Source of the DNA: the human T2T-CHM13v2.0 reference genome, Homo sapiens
Direction: 5' to 3' (one strand)
NCBI RefSeq assembly: GCF_009914755.1
Contig: NC_060941.1
Length of the DNA stretch: 64,000 nt
Made by a program: the position numbers and the translations under genes. The notes under the pieces are model-generated. The model saw only the letters and a program-made list of their open reading frames with translations, was not told the DNA's origin and made no database searches. Of this stretch, positions 20,271 through 56,709 are shown piece after piece; positions within the stretch are counted from its first letter, which is position 1, and each line of letters opens with the position of its first letter.

Positions 20271-20309
20271 TCAGCCTTAACTTACAAAGGAAGGAAAGTC
20301 TGGTGCATG

Positions 20310-21170
<861 letters not shown>

Positions 21171-23409
21171 TGGTGCCGGCTATGTAAGTAGCTATGACTG
21201 TGCAGAGGTCACCATGGCCATCTCACATGCATGTCACTCAACCATCAAAACTCACCCAACAGCAGTTGCCCAAAGCCCCCCACCCTGCCCCACTTGTACC
21301 CACAGGCACTCCAGTCCCAGCTCCAAATTACATTTGTGCAGCCTTATTTCTCCAAGTGGCTTCCCACAAGCTTGAGATGCAGGTGGTCGTCAGGGAAGGT
21401 CCTCATCTCTCCCCATTGGCCAACTTGGTTTTATATCACCTGCCCTGAAGTCCCTCTGCCAGAGGAGAGCCAGTGACTGTGCCAGGTGCTTCCTTGGACA
21501 CACCCAAGCTGCCGTCTTAAAGAATCACCCCGTCAAGCTCTGCCACGTTTTGTCATCCGGCCCCACATTTCCTTCAGCTGTATCTCCCACCGTTCCCAAA
21601 TCCAACAACGGCGCCTGTGCGTGGCCAGGAGCGCAGAGAGGCAGGGGTGGGAGTTCCCCCAGAGCCTGGCTCCAGCTCACAGCTCAGACACCCCGTGGCC
21701 CTCCTGCCCTGGGCCCGGATGAGTCGGGAATACGGGACTGCTCTCCAAGGTCCCCCCTTCCCCGTCTGCAGCCAGTCAGCCTCTGAGTCCTTATCATCTG
21801 TTTCCCAAATAGTTCCAGATCCCTCCCTCTCTGCCCTTCCCCCCTCATGCCCAGGTTTGGGCCACTATTACAATTTACCTGGATTACCTCTGCAGATTCC
21901 CAGGCTGCCGTTGGCAACAGTGGAAGGTGCAGATGGGGGCGAGGAAGATGGTGGCGCACTGCCTCTGTCCTTCTCTGCTCTGAGTTGGAGCCAACCCCGA
22001 GGTCTCCTTGCCCCTGGCACGCCCAATCTCATTGTCATGCACCAGAGAAGTGGCCGGGAAGCTCCCCGGGGCCTGGTCACTCGGCTTAGTCGGCTCTGTC
22101 ACTTCCCCCCCCGCACCTGCTCAGCCCATTGACTCTCTGACTGCACCTCAGCCCCTGCCCCCCGCCAGGCAGTCACCTGCACTTCTGCATCCTCCAGGGG
22201 CCTCTCTTTCCCACCTCAGGGCTCAGTGCAAACGGTGCCTTCTTTCTCGAATGTGGATAATGGAGGAAAAATGTTGCTTCCCCACGAAGCCTTCCCAACC
22301 GCCTAATTTGGATGCAGTGTCCCATCCTGGGCCCTTAGCCCTGTTGCAGTGCACGGTGGTTGACGGCCCATCATCCTTCTCCCCTCAGGACAGAGGCCAT
22401 GTCTTGCTTGTGGACCCTTGATCCTGTGTGAGGGACACGTGCCTCCCAAATGCCTGGGCTCAGCCTTCTCTGGAGGCTTCTTCACTTTGTGGGGATCCTC
22501 TAGGTGTGTCGGCCACATGATTCCCCTTCACTGATTCATCCAGCAAATTCATTCCCCTCCACTGATTCATCCCTGAGCATTGACTCTGATGGGCACCAGG
22601 GCCGTAGCAGGCCCAGGCAGACCTCGCTCTCACTGGCCTCTCCTGCGGAGGAGAAGCAGACGATAAACAATGGCTGGGCTATGATGGGCGGTGGCGGCGC
22701 AGTGGAGAGAGATCAGACAGGGGGAGGGCACAGAGAGAGGCTGAGGGGGCTCTTTTGGGAGCAGCCATAGAAAACTTCTCTGAGTGACGACGTTAGAGAC
22801 CTCAAGGAAGTGAGGGAACAAGCAAGTGTTGCTGGCGTTGGGAACGGCAAGCGCCGGGCTTGGGGTGGCCCAGGGAGAGCACGGGTCAGCACGCCTGGAG
22901 TTCAGCAGCGTCAGGGAGGTAACAGGGTCGGATCCTGTAGGGCTTAGGGGTGATGTTAAACACTCTGGAATCATCCTGCATGAGATGGGGTCATTGGACG
23001 TTTTCGAACCCTTGGGGTTCCTCCTCTGATTTAAGCTTTGAGAGACCCACTTTGCAAAGTTCCCGCTATACACTCTATCATTACATCCTCACAAATTGCC
23101 TGGGCACAGTGGCTCATACCTGTAATCCCAGCACTTTGGGAGGCCGAGGTGGATGGATCACTTGAGGTCAGGAGTTCGAGATCAGCCTGACCAACATGGT
23201 AAAACCCCGTCTCTACTAAAAATACAAAAAAAAAAAAAAAATAGGTGTAGTGGCAGGCACTTGTAATCGCAGCTACTCGGGAGGCTGAGGCAGGAGAATA
23301 GCTTGAACCCAGGAGGCAGAGGTTGTAGTGAGCCAAGATCATGCCACTGCGACAGAGTGAGACTCCATCTCAAAAAACAACAACAACAAAAATAAATCAA
23401 CATATGGGT

Positions 23410-23540
23410 AATCTTTTCCCCATTCTACAGTTGAGAAAACTGAGGCTCAGAGAGAAAGGGTAGTGACTTACCTGAGGGTGCAGAGCTTGAGTGTGTTGAA
23501 CTTTGCTGGAATCTGGCTCAGATTCATTCTAAAGGCCCCA
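23410..23540 (-). mobile_element. MIR relic
   Basis: CCCCATTCTACAGTTGAGAAAACTGAGGCTCAGAGAG core. Confidence 0.65.
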
Positions 23541-25502
23541 CTCCAGCTGCCCTGCAGTAGGAATGGCTTGACCACTCTGCTCCACAGGCCCAAAGACAGG
23601 ATGGGGTCAGGGCCAAAATGAGTGGTGGTAAGGTCCAACTCGGTTCTTCGAGAAGTAAATCAGCTCCTGAGACGTCGATCTTCCAGCTGCACCCTGTCAC
23701 TATTGAGACCTAGCCAAGCACTTGGGGGCAATTATATGGGTGGCTGTGGCTGTATTGGAAGGCCTGAGAGAGGAGGGAGTCACAGGTGACCCTCTTGAGC
23801 AGGAGACTCGGGCCCAAGATTCAGGGACTGCCACCTTGGTGACAGTGTCAATGTTGGATGATTTTAGGTAAATGATGCCTTCACAGAGGCCTTTAACCCA
23901 GCGGAAACCAGCTTGGCAGGTACATGCTTTTTTCCTTCCTTTTCGGTTTCATTCTACCAACCTCCCTGATTGGGTTATAGGTGGGGTTCTCCGAAGCTCC
24001 CTGGAAGGCCCCTCAGGCTTACTCGGGAGTGTGGAGGTGGAGGGGATTATTTGCTCACTCCCCAGGAGCAGAGGAGGGAGACTGTCCCTTGATTGGGGGA
24101 TGCTCTGAGAGATGCCGTCTGCTGTGAGGCGGGAAGAGGAGGGGCTCCCCGGTCCTCCCGGCTGCTCTTCCCACCTCTTTTGGGAGCATGGGATGGAAGA
24201 TGCATAAAAATTCAAACCATCCTGAAAATAAATGAAAGGAAAATATATATATCCAAGAAGGAGATAACCATAGCAATCACTTTCACTCAAAGGTAATAAA
24301 AATAAGGATCGTAAACATAAACTCAGAAATTGCAAGCTGCACTCCCTGCCGACGTTTGCTGCCATGAGAGAGCACATTCCGAGGGAAGGCAAGGACTTTC
24401 CAGACTTTCCAGGACACTCTGGACATGTCTCTCTGATTGAAACCTCCAGAAGGAAAAATATGGGAGGAAAATAGTGAGTTATGGGGGGGAAATAAGGACC
24501 CAAACTATAACAAAAATGGAGAACACAAATTATGTTTACAAACGTTTCCCTGGCTGACAGAGACTCTGCCTGGAACAGATCACATATCATAAGGTGGCCA
24601 CCTTCCCAGGGGTGGGGGCTCCTGGGTGAGTACAGAGTGTTCTGTGAGTGACGGCCCCCCCTCCCTGCCCGCCCCCCTCCGCCAGCCTCATGGAGCTGCA
24701 CTGGAGATGGCTTATTCTGAGCGTCAGCTGCCGCCTTCCTCCTCTGCAGCCATCAGACCGAAGCTGCCGCTGTGACAAGCAAACCAGACAAGATGGACCG
24801 CGGCAGCTGGGCTGTCTGCAGAGGGCCATCCAGGCCTCCTTGCTAGAAACATGCATTTTAGATGGACAAACGGAACATTTTGTCCTCTTTGCCTTCTGAT
24901 ATTTGTCTTCTGCCAGAAGAGAGCTAGGACCCAGGCATCAAACTACAGCCAGTGAAATGTTCCTAACTCCCTGCTTGGGTTGCATCCTGCGACGGCTGCT
25001 CATTGCCCGACAAACGCTTCGTCCTGCCTGGGCATCATCCTTCAGCTGTAACCGGCGATGCGATTCCCAAGCACTGTTTAAACTTTCCAGTCAAAAATGA
25101 GACACCACTGCTCACTTATCAGATTTGCAAAAATCAAGATAATAAAGCTAAGGAAGGCTGGGTGTGGTGGTTCAGGCCTGGAATCCCAGCACCGTGGGAG
25201 GCAGAGGAGGGACGATTGCTTGAGCTCAGGAGTTGAAAGTTGCAGTGAGCCGCGATCATGCCACTGTCCTGCAGTGTGGGTTACAGAGTGAGACCTTGAC
25301 TCAATAAAATAAAATATAAAATAAAATAAAAAATAAATAAAGCTAAGGAGGAAAACCAAAACATGGCTAGTCAGTTTGGGGAAGGTGGGACGACACGGTG
25401 TCCTCATGCCGGTTCGTTTGCAAACTGGAATGATCTTTTCGGAAGGAATGTAGGAGTGTCTCAGGAATCTGTAAAAAGTTCACAGCCAGGCATGGTGGCT
25501 CA

Positions 25503-26733
<1,231 letters not shown>

Positions 26734-27154
26734 TGAACTCCTTACCTCAGGCGATCCACTCGCCTGGGCCTTCCAAAGTGCTAGGATTATAGGTGTGAGC
26801 CACCGTGCCGGGTTACAAACTAATACACTCTTTTTGGGCTTTTACTTTCACTTCTAGGAAGAAATATTGTAGCTCATTATTTTCCACATTTATTTTTATT
26901 TCCACATAGTCAGACTATATTTCCCAGTGTCCTCTGCAGTTAGCTATGGCCATGTGATCGAGTTCTGGCCAATAGAATGTGGCCAGAAGTGACATAAACG
27001 CCAGACCCGGCCAATGGAAACCTTGTGCTCCCGTTCGGGGGTCTGTGCCCCCAAGGTTACCCCCTAACACCTACTGAACTACTGTATGTGTGAAAAATGG
27101 CCTTCTATTGATGCTGGGGAGTTACTGTTCCAGTACTTAGCACAGCTTGGCTAA

Positions 27155-27605
<451 letters not shown>

Positions 27606-28332
27606 TGACCCCAAGTCTTTGTCCTTTATATTTCTGGGCAGCCATTCCTTTTGGGATGTCATAGGGGTCCCTTTAGGCCCTCCCCAGATCAGCCTCCTGC
27701 CCCACTGCTCCCTCCATCTGGGGTTTATCCCATTGCTGTGGACAGAGAGAGTCGTCAGTATGCCTTGGGGCCAGTGTTCACTCTGGGCTGTCTGAGCTGT
27801 TCAAACTCTCCCTGCCAATGTGTGTTCCCTGCTCCTGTTTCTGCTTCTAGCAGTAGCTCCTTGGGGTCCTGCTCATTGGAGTCATTTGACAATACTGGGC
27901 CAGGCATGGTGGCTCAAGCCTGTAATACCAGCCCTTTGGGAGGCAGAGGCAGGCAGATCGCTTGAGGTCAGGAGTTTGAGACCAGCCTGGCCAACATGGG
28001 GAAAACCTATCTCTACTAAAAATACAAAAATTAGCCAAAAATCGCTTGAACCCAGGAGGCAGAGGCTGCCGTGAGCCAAGATCGTGCCACTGCACTTCAG
28101 CCTGGGCAACAGAGTAAAACTCCGTCTCAAACAAAACAATACTATGTGCCCACACTGCATACCAGGCGCTGGCTCTCTGCAGGGGGTAAAAGGGAGAATG
28201 AGACAGATATGATCCCTGTCTTCGTGGAGCTTCTATCTGGCGGGGCAAAGGGACATTAAAACAATGTTTAATTAGAATAGTGATTAGTGCAATGAATACA
28301 ATGTATAGGGTCCCATGGGAGTGGATACAAGG

Positions 28333-28463
28333 TAGGGTGACTATGTTTTATCATCCAAATCAGAACACCTTTGAGAATGTAAGAGGACACTATTAATAAT
28401 TATGCCAGAGGAATGAGTGAAAACCAGGGCTGCCTCAGGGAAGGCAGAACCTTTGGCCACCTA
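28333..28463. mobile_element. MER94-like hAT-Blackjack MITE
   Basis: AGGGTGACTAT...TTTATCATCCAAA...CACTATTAATAATTATGCC...GGCCACCTA, ~130 bp with imperfect terminal inverted ends. Confidence 0.6.
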
Positions 28464-28822
28464 GGAGGAGACCAACCCAGTCCCCGACAAGCTGTCTCTG
28501 AGCAGCTCCCTCCCAGCTTTGGACCCAGCCCTGACCAATAGCTCGGGGGAGCCCACACAGCTTGGATGAGTTCTCCCAGGCTTGACTGAACCTCACTCTT
28601 CAGAAAACACCTTACCACCTCCTTCAGGGCCCAGGTGGGCTGGAAACAAGTTCCCTGTATGTGATTAACACAATGGTTGAGAATACAGGACGAAGCTGTG
28701 GGTCTCACAGTTTGCTACGCATGGACTCACCTGGGATTCCAGGCTGACTCTGGGCTGCCATCCCCTAACATTGTGATGAAATGGGTGCAACTGGGGCATC
28801 TGGAATTTTATTGATTGATTGA

Positions 28823-29624
<802 letters not shown>

Positions 29625-29796
29625 TAAAATAAAAATGGTCAAAGTATGACGTGATGCTGTTTAAAATGTCAAATGGTATTTCTGGGATCATAATACCAGT
29701 GGGTCCCTGGCCTCCCCATTTCTGGTCCTGTGACCCTTGGTCCACATGTCTGGGCAGAGTGAGATCCTGTCTTTAAAATACATCTCAGCATTTCTA

Positions 29797-30259
<463 letters not shown>

Positions 30260-30302
30260 TCAAAACAAAAACAAAAACAAACAAGCGAACAAAAATGTGA
30301 TT

Positions 30303-30433
30303 GTGCTACAGTATTATGACCACTACAGCCTCACTAGGTGATAGGAATTTTTCAGCTCCATTGTAATCTGATGGGACCACCGTGCTATGTCTAGTCCACC
30401 TTTGACCACAACTGTTCTGCCGCTCATGAGTGT
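30303..30433. mobile_element. Tigger3/MER7 (TcMar-Tigger) terminal fragment
   Basis: CACTAGGTGATAGGAATTTTTCAGCTCCATTGTAATCTGATGGGACCACCGT matches the recalled Tigger3 end. Confidence 0.7.
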
Positions 30434-31101
30434 TACTTACAACATCCTTATGAAATAGACACTGTTAGTTTCCCAATGTTACAGATGAAATGGGGCTGGG
30501 GTAAGTCCAGCTCCTCTCCCAGAGCCTCAGGGCAAGGAATTGACAGAGTGAAAACTGGAACTGAGGCCTGTGTGACTCCCAGCACAAGCAGGCGCTGGAG
30601 GGCCCCCGGCAGCCACTTGCAGGCTAATGGGTGCTCTTGCCCCATGCTGGGCACTGTGCCACACATTGCGAGGGTCTGCGCTTAGCATCAGGCAGCTGTG
30701 CTTGGAATCTTTGCCCAGACTTGGTCAGTGGAGAGATCTTCAGAAAGTTATTTCATCCTTGTGCGTCTCAACTTCCTTGCTGATACAATGGATCTAGAAC
30801 ACAAGCTCTTCCCAGGGGTTATTAGGAGGGTTACAAGTGTTAATTCTCAGGAAAAAGGCTTGGCTCCCCATCAATACTCACTAAGTGTTAGGATTATCCT
30901 ATTTTACTTACAGGCATATTTCTCTAATCTCCCCTATGAAAAGCAGAAGCAATGGTTGGCCTACCTTTGTCCCCTCAGGATCTACTGTTCAGCTGAGAGC
31001 TTGAGAATCACTGATGTTATGTAAATAGTACATAAAATAACAAGTGGGGAGTTTAAAAAGAGACAGTTGGTCACATTCTTTGTATTTTCATAGATTATTA
31101 A

Positions 31102-31473
<372 letters not shown>

Positions 31474-31752
31474 TAATAAATTTTCTCAACATAGTCTCAA
31501 TCATATAAACTTTCCTCCCCCACCCCATTTTTCTTTTTTTTCTTTTTTTTTTTTTGAGACAGAGTCTTACTCTTTCGCCCAGGCTGGAGTGCAAGCTCCG
31601 CCTCCCAGGTTCACGGCATTCTCCTGCTTCAGCCTCCTGAGTAGCTGGGACTACAGGCGCCCGCCACCATGCCCAGCTAATTTTTTGTATTTTTAGTAGA
31701 GACGGGGTTTCACCGTGTTAGCCAGGATGGTCTCGATCTCCTGACCTCGTGA

Positions 31753-39846
<8,094 letters not shown>

Positions 39847-39930
39847 TTTCACTTGGTTCTCTATGAAAAAATTAAAGAGAAAATCTGATTGACACTGTGG
39901 AGGACACTACACTCCAAAAAAAAAAGTACT

Positions 39931-39981
39931 ATATTTTCTAATATTATCAGTGCTTTTTAATATTTTCTAATATTATCAGTG
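39931..39981 (+). repeat. 22-bp direct repeat upstream of the RPTOR promoter
   Basis: ATATTTTCTAATATTATCAGTG at 39931 and 39960. Confidence 0.9.
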
Positions 39982-40149
39982 AAGCTTTTGCCGCTTTTTC
40001 AAAATCTGGAAGAAACAAGGCGGTTGATTCCTTTAATTTCAGGAGCATGTAACTTCATTTATAATAACAATGTTTTTGAAAAAATAAATTAAACCGACAG
40101 TTTCATTTGTAGGATTGACTTTAATAACACGCCTCTACTGAACAAATGG

Positions 40150-40800
40150 CGATTAACTGGGGAAAACGGAATTATGGTAACCGAGGTAACGGGGTCGGGG
40201 ACTCTTTCTCCTTCGCTGCATGCTGGGTGGCGGGGAGAGACCGCTCTGAGGAGGTTTGGTCTGTCGGCCACGCCGTAGGCCGCGGTGCATTCTGGGTCCT
40301 GGCAATATGGCGTCCTCCTTGATGGGCTGATGAGATGAGTTTCACTGTAGCTCCAAACCAGAGGGCAAAGCTCCCATGACCCAATAAGCCCACATTGTCC
40401 CTTTCCTCCGTGGTTCCGTGTCGCCCGTTTCTCAGGATTCGTTCTCAGGCAGGAGAGAGCCTCGGGGCTGAAGGCCAGGACCAGCCAGGCCGCGCGGACC
40501 TGAGGTTGAGGAACCGGGTGCAGGCGAGCACGATGGGCCGGTCGTGGCTCTGGTTGCAGCAGCTCAGACGAGTGCGGGACCCGCAGGGCTGAGAGTGGCT
40601 GGAGGAGACCCAGGGCCCTTTGAACCCGATCCCTTGGCCGGAGACCTCAGCCCAGTCGGCCCAGTGGGCGAACCGGCACCAAGAGCGGCCTGCCTGTCTT
40701 CGGAACTGCTGAGGCGGTGGAGGCCGAGAGCAGGGTCATCGTGAGGCCTGAAGTCTCTTACGCTTTTGGCAGCTCCCCTCGCAGCCCCTCTGGAAACGTA
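40150..40800 (+). promoter_or_regulatory. RPTOR: CpG-island, TATA-less promoter of RPTOR
   Basis: Sharp rise in CpG and GC after an AT-rich block (39850-40140). Contains a GGCGGGG GC-box-like site (~40229), an X-box-like GTAACCGAGGTAAC (40177-40190) and a YY1-like AATATGGCG (40304-40312). Confidence 0.85.
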
Positions 40801-41087
40801 CAGCCTCAGGAGCAGCCAGTGGCTTGGGACCTGGGGTGGTGTGTGTCTGCGGAGCTTCTTGGGCTGCCCCATTTCCTAGCGGCCCCCACCTCCCCACTTC
40901 CCGCTCAGAGTTAGAGATAAGGATCTCAGACTTTTGCCTGAGTAAGGGTCTCCGCACTCTTTATCCATTTGGTTTTCGATTTCCCGTTTTTGTTTCTTAT
41001 TTCACCAATTCTGGTACACGCTAGTTTTTAAGGCTGGAGGTTCTCGAGCGCTTGCTGCCAAGGACTCCCCCACCCCCTCCCCCACTG
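40296..41087 (+). other. RPTOR: RPTOR 5' UTR (non-coding part of exon 1, ~790 nt); TSS position approximate
   Basis: GC-rich, repeat-free stretch running from the CpG island to the ATG. The ~0.8 kb length is recalled from the RPTOR mRNA; the exact TSS cannot be read from sequence. Confidence 0.7.
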
Positions 41088-41249
41088 ATGGAGTCCGAAA
41101 TGCTGCAATCGCCTCTTCTGGGCCTGGGGGAGGAAGATGAGGCTGATCTTACAGACTGGAACCTACCTTTGGCTTTTATGAAAAAGAGGCACTGTGAGAA
41201 AATTGAAGGCTCCAAATCCTTAGCTCAGAGCTGGAGGATGAAGGATCGG
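41088..41249 (+). CDS. RPTOR: RPTOR (regulatory-associated protein of mTOR) coding exon 1, codons 1-54
   Basis: ATG at 41088 opens MESEMLQSPLLGLGEEDEADLTDWNLPLAFMKKRHCEKIEGSKSLAQSWRMKDR, which I recognise as the Raptor N-terminus. The 162 nt end at a canonical phase-0 donor, CGG|GTAAGT, at 41250. Confidence 0.97.
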
Positions 41250-42227
41250 GTAAGTGGATTCTGAAGGCACCCCTTGAACTTGGTAGTTTCCCCAACAAAG
41301 AAAGTTTACAGCCCGAAAAGTGTCCTTGGGAAAGCGCCGACATTTCCCCCTAGCCACACGTTGTAAGTCAACTAGAAAGCAAAAGCCATTTCAGACTGCA
41401 GTTTTTGGTTGAAAATGGAAAATGCTGTTTTGGTTAGTCATTATTCACTGGGTAGTGTTAATTCAATTCCAACTAAGTTCTAATTCAGATAATAAAAGTT
41501 AAGCAAATTTGAAAATAGAGCATTGCGAGTATTTACATGCTCTTTGGCATACTACTTAGTTCTGTAAACACTTAGAGGAAGGACAACGTGCGATATAATC
41601 TTTATACCCACATGATTAGTCTACTTTTTAAAATATCCAAGCTGGGTGAAGTGCAGAAGTCTGATATACTATGCTAGGAAATGAGATTACTGGAAAATGT
41701 TCAACTAGTAACAAATTAGTGCAAAGTTATTATAAAGTTACACTGAACTTCATTCTAGTCTTCTAAACAATTTCTCTTGAAGCTAGATTTTCCTCCTTTT
41801 ATGTAGTGTCCTGTTGCTGTAACTTGGAAACAGGATTTCTTTAATCGTGAGTTAGGGTATGAGGCGTCGAGACTTGGGTGCAGGTTTTAGGGTGTCCGCA
41901 TGGTGTTTGGAGTGTGGAGAGTGACTCACAAGCAGCTGGTAGGAAAGAAAACAGCCGAATTTTGTTGGATTTGTCCTTCATAAAACACCATCTATTTCCT
42001 GGCCTCAAAAGCAAAAGGGTAGTACTGCTTCTCCTCTATGCACACTTATAATTTGTCTTTTTGTAAGTTATTTTCTCCCTCCAGGCTGCTTTTATTTGCA
42101 CATTTCAGTGGTATAAAAGAGGAAGTTGGTGTTACAATGTTTGATTTTCTCTAGGCTTATGTATATGTTTATGGAATATTATTGTTTTTTAGTATATGAT
42201 GTTGAACATATATAAGATTACACTTCT

Positions 42228-48050
<5,823 letters not shown>

Positions 48051-48399
48051 ACTATACTGATACAAAATGGATAGTTTACAAAAGGCTTCCACATACATTA
48101 TCTTTAAGGCTCAACAGCACCATAAATTACCTAGGGATCATTCTCTCCATGTTACTGATGAGGTAACTGACGTTTTAATTGAATGGCTTACCTAAAGTTA
48201 CATAAGTAACATGGCTAGCAGTGAGAGGAAGTGGAACCTGTGCAGAGGGAGAAACAAAGTTTAGTTCAAAACAAAACAAAACAAAACTGTATCATAATGT
48301 CTCCACTGAAACATTTATGTTAAGAGGTCAGGGGGTTGAAAATAGCAGACCAGCAGACCAACATTCAGCAGACAGAGAAGGATGCTCAGTCTGCTCACA

Positions 48400-53763
<5,364 letters not shown>

Positions 53764-53939
53764 CCCCTGAAACCCTTAAACTTGTCACATATTGGTGGGT
53801 GTGACTGCAGAGAATTGTCATGCCTTCAGAGGCCGAACAGGAAACAGCTGAAGAGGAGACAGTCGCCGAGAACAAGTTTGAATTTTACCCAGCTGTCGGT
53901 ATATTTTTCAGGTGCGTTTATTGTTCTTGACTAGTACTT

Positions 53940-54700
53940 TTTGTATTTTAAAATGTTGATGTAATTTCAAACTGACAGAAAACCTGTAAGAATAGTATCA
54001 TGAGCTTCCCTATAGCCTTTGCCCAGGTTTGCAGATTGTTTACATCTCGCCTTGTTTACTGTCACCCTCCATTTACATATTCAGACTGAGCTGGAGATGC
54101 TGTCCCCCTTCTACTCCTAAACACCGTGTCTGTCTCCTTAGAGGAGGCCATTTTCTTACGTAAGCACAGTGCAGTTGTGAGAGTCAGGACCTGTATCATG
54201 GATATGTGCTCCCGGCCCTCTGTAGTTCAGAAGGTCAGGTGTTGCTGCCTGCCCAGCAATGCCCTCATTATGCCCCGCCCGTCACCCAGGATCACACGTT
54301 GCATTTGGTGGTCGTGTCTGTGTAGCCTACCTTAATCTAAAGAAGTCTCTCAGTCTGTTTTAGACTTTCTTGACCTTGATTTTTTTAACTGTGAATTTAC
54401 CATCTCGACCATCTTTCAGCACACAGTTTAGTGGCAGCAAGCACACCCACATGCTTGTGCAGCCACCACCAGCATCCGCCACCAGCAGCCATCTCCAGCA
54501 GCTTTCCATCTTCCCAGACTGAAACTGTCTCCATTAAACACCAACTCCCCATTCCCCTTCCCCAGCCCTTGGTAACCGCTCTTCTGCTTTCTGTCTCTGA
54601 ATGTTTTGGCCTTGCATGTAGTAGAATGTCCTGAATTTGAGCTGCCTAGTCTTTCCTCATATTCACACTGAGATGGGGCATTTTGGGTAATGATGCACCT
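53940..54700 (-). mobile_element. Old L1M relic fragments
   Basis: Antisense L1 3'-end-like text (TCTTCCCAGACTGAAACTGTCTCCATTAAACACCAACTCCCCATTCCCC...TGGTAACC). Confidence 0.55.
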
Positions 54701-56473
54701 TTGTCAGTGAATCCCATCAGGAGCACACGACGGTGCTTTGTCCCAGTACTGTCATGCTCATTTGATCCATTACCTTCAAGCCGTTTCTTGCTGAGTGGTC
54801 GCCTCCTGACTGATGCTGCCCTTTTGCCATACCTGTTTGGGAGCTCGTCCTGACTTTCCAGCACAACCAGAGGGCCCAAGCTCACTCTGTGCCCTCCCTG
54901 CCCCAGTCCTGGAATTAGCCTTTTCTCCAAGGAGCCTGGTTCCTGTTAGTGGCGAATGGCATTGAGAAGCCACGAACGTGTGCATTTAGAGCTGGGCTGT
55001 GTGCTTTGCCCTTGGTGTGGCATGCGTCTCCCGTTGGTTGGCCCTCTGAGCAGGAGAGAGAGGATGGCGCTCTGTCTTGTTTACCTCTGTTTCTCTGTGT
55101 ATGCTGGAACCATGGATGTGTAGAGAGAGCTCCAGTCCAGCTCCTCACCATGATATGTTCAGCCCTTCCCACTTTGCCTGCTACCACTCCCTACCCAGCC
55201 ATGGGAAACCAGCTCCATTGTCCTCATTTAATCATGGGCTCAAAGCTGGAATGCACAGAAGGGAGCCTCGGAATGGCTAACCCTGGCCACTTGGGAAAGC
55301 AAATGCTGCAAGAGGTTGACTTCCTTGTTTTCTGAGGTAAACGTTACATATGGTGAAATGCACAGACCCCAGCTATCTGAACAATTGGCTCATGCTGTCT
55401 AGAAATGTCAGCATTAGTCAGTGTTTTGTGGGAAATCACTGTTGTTTTACATAGATGGCACTGCACGTAGGGTGCATGGGGTGAAGGGGACGGAAGACGT
55501 GGTCATGGCCCTGTAGGAATTTACATCTTATAAGAGAAAAACAACATCCTTACCCACAGCTGAGTGAAAAGCACAGTGCAGTCATGATCTGCCCTTGAGT
55601 AACAAGGTAGCGATTTCAGGAATTCTGCAGCTGGACATTGAGATGGTGTCTGTTCTGCACCAGAGACTTGGCTGAGCTCCTAGCTGGATGGGCTGTGGAG
55701 TCCATGGTGGCTGGACGAAGATCTGTGTGCTCAGGTGGAGTGGTTGCGGGAGCAGGGCGGAGGATGGACAATGAATTCACAAGTGACTGATGTATAGAAT
55801 TTAGTCATTCAGCTACTATCATCGAGCCCCTTCTCTGTGCTGGGCACTGGGCTAAGTGCTGCGGATACCATGGGGAGTAATTCCTGCGTTGAAGGTGTTT
55901 TCCAGTCTATCAGGGCAGATGGATGACAGTGCAGGAGGCAGGGTGTGAGGTGGTGGTGGCTGGATGGGCCGGACGGAGAAAGGCCTTCTGGAGGTGGGAG
56001 CTCTAAGCCAGTAGCTGAAACAGAATGGAAGGGAGTGGGGTGGAAGGTTCAGCTGGAGGAACGGGGACGTGCAGGAGCTGAGAGGTGAGTGAGCAGGGTC
56101 TTCAGGGAAACGCCACTGGGGGCCTCCTGCAAGGGGCCTTCCCTTGTGCTGTGGGAGCCGCCTCATGCCCACCCGGTGCTCTGTGCCTGCCATTCCCTTC
56201 CCACACTGCCACTCCCCAGCACTTGGCTACGTGTTCGTTTTGTCTCCCCACTAGGATGTTGTATAGAGAACAGGGACTCTGTGTTCACTGCTGAGTCCGA
56301 GGCTGTTCCCGGGGTGACTGGCGGTCAATAGGTGATCAATAACTGTTTGTTGAGTCAAGGAAGGGAGCAGAGACCCTGAGAAGAGAAGAACTGAGAGATC
56401 TGTGAGCCGGGGGGCTGGACAGGACAGATCCTGACCGGCTTATAAGGCCACAGGAATTTGGATTTTATCTTAA

Positions 56474-56709
<236 letters not shown>

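Noticed and set aside
23949-24701. 250-aa minus-strand ORF
   Set aside because: No recognisable homology; composition looks like non-coding DNA.
41250-41264. ORF track extension VSGF* after RPTOR exon 1
   Set aside because: Read-through into the intron past the GTAAGT donor.
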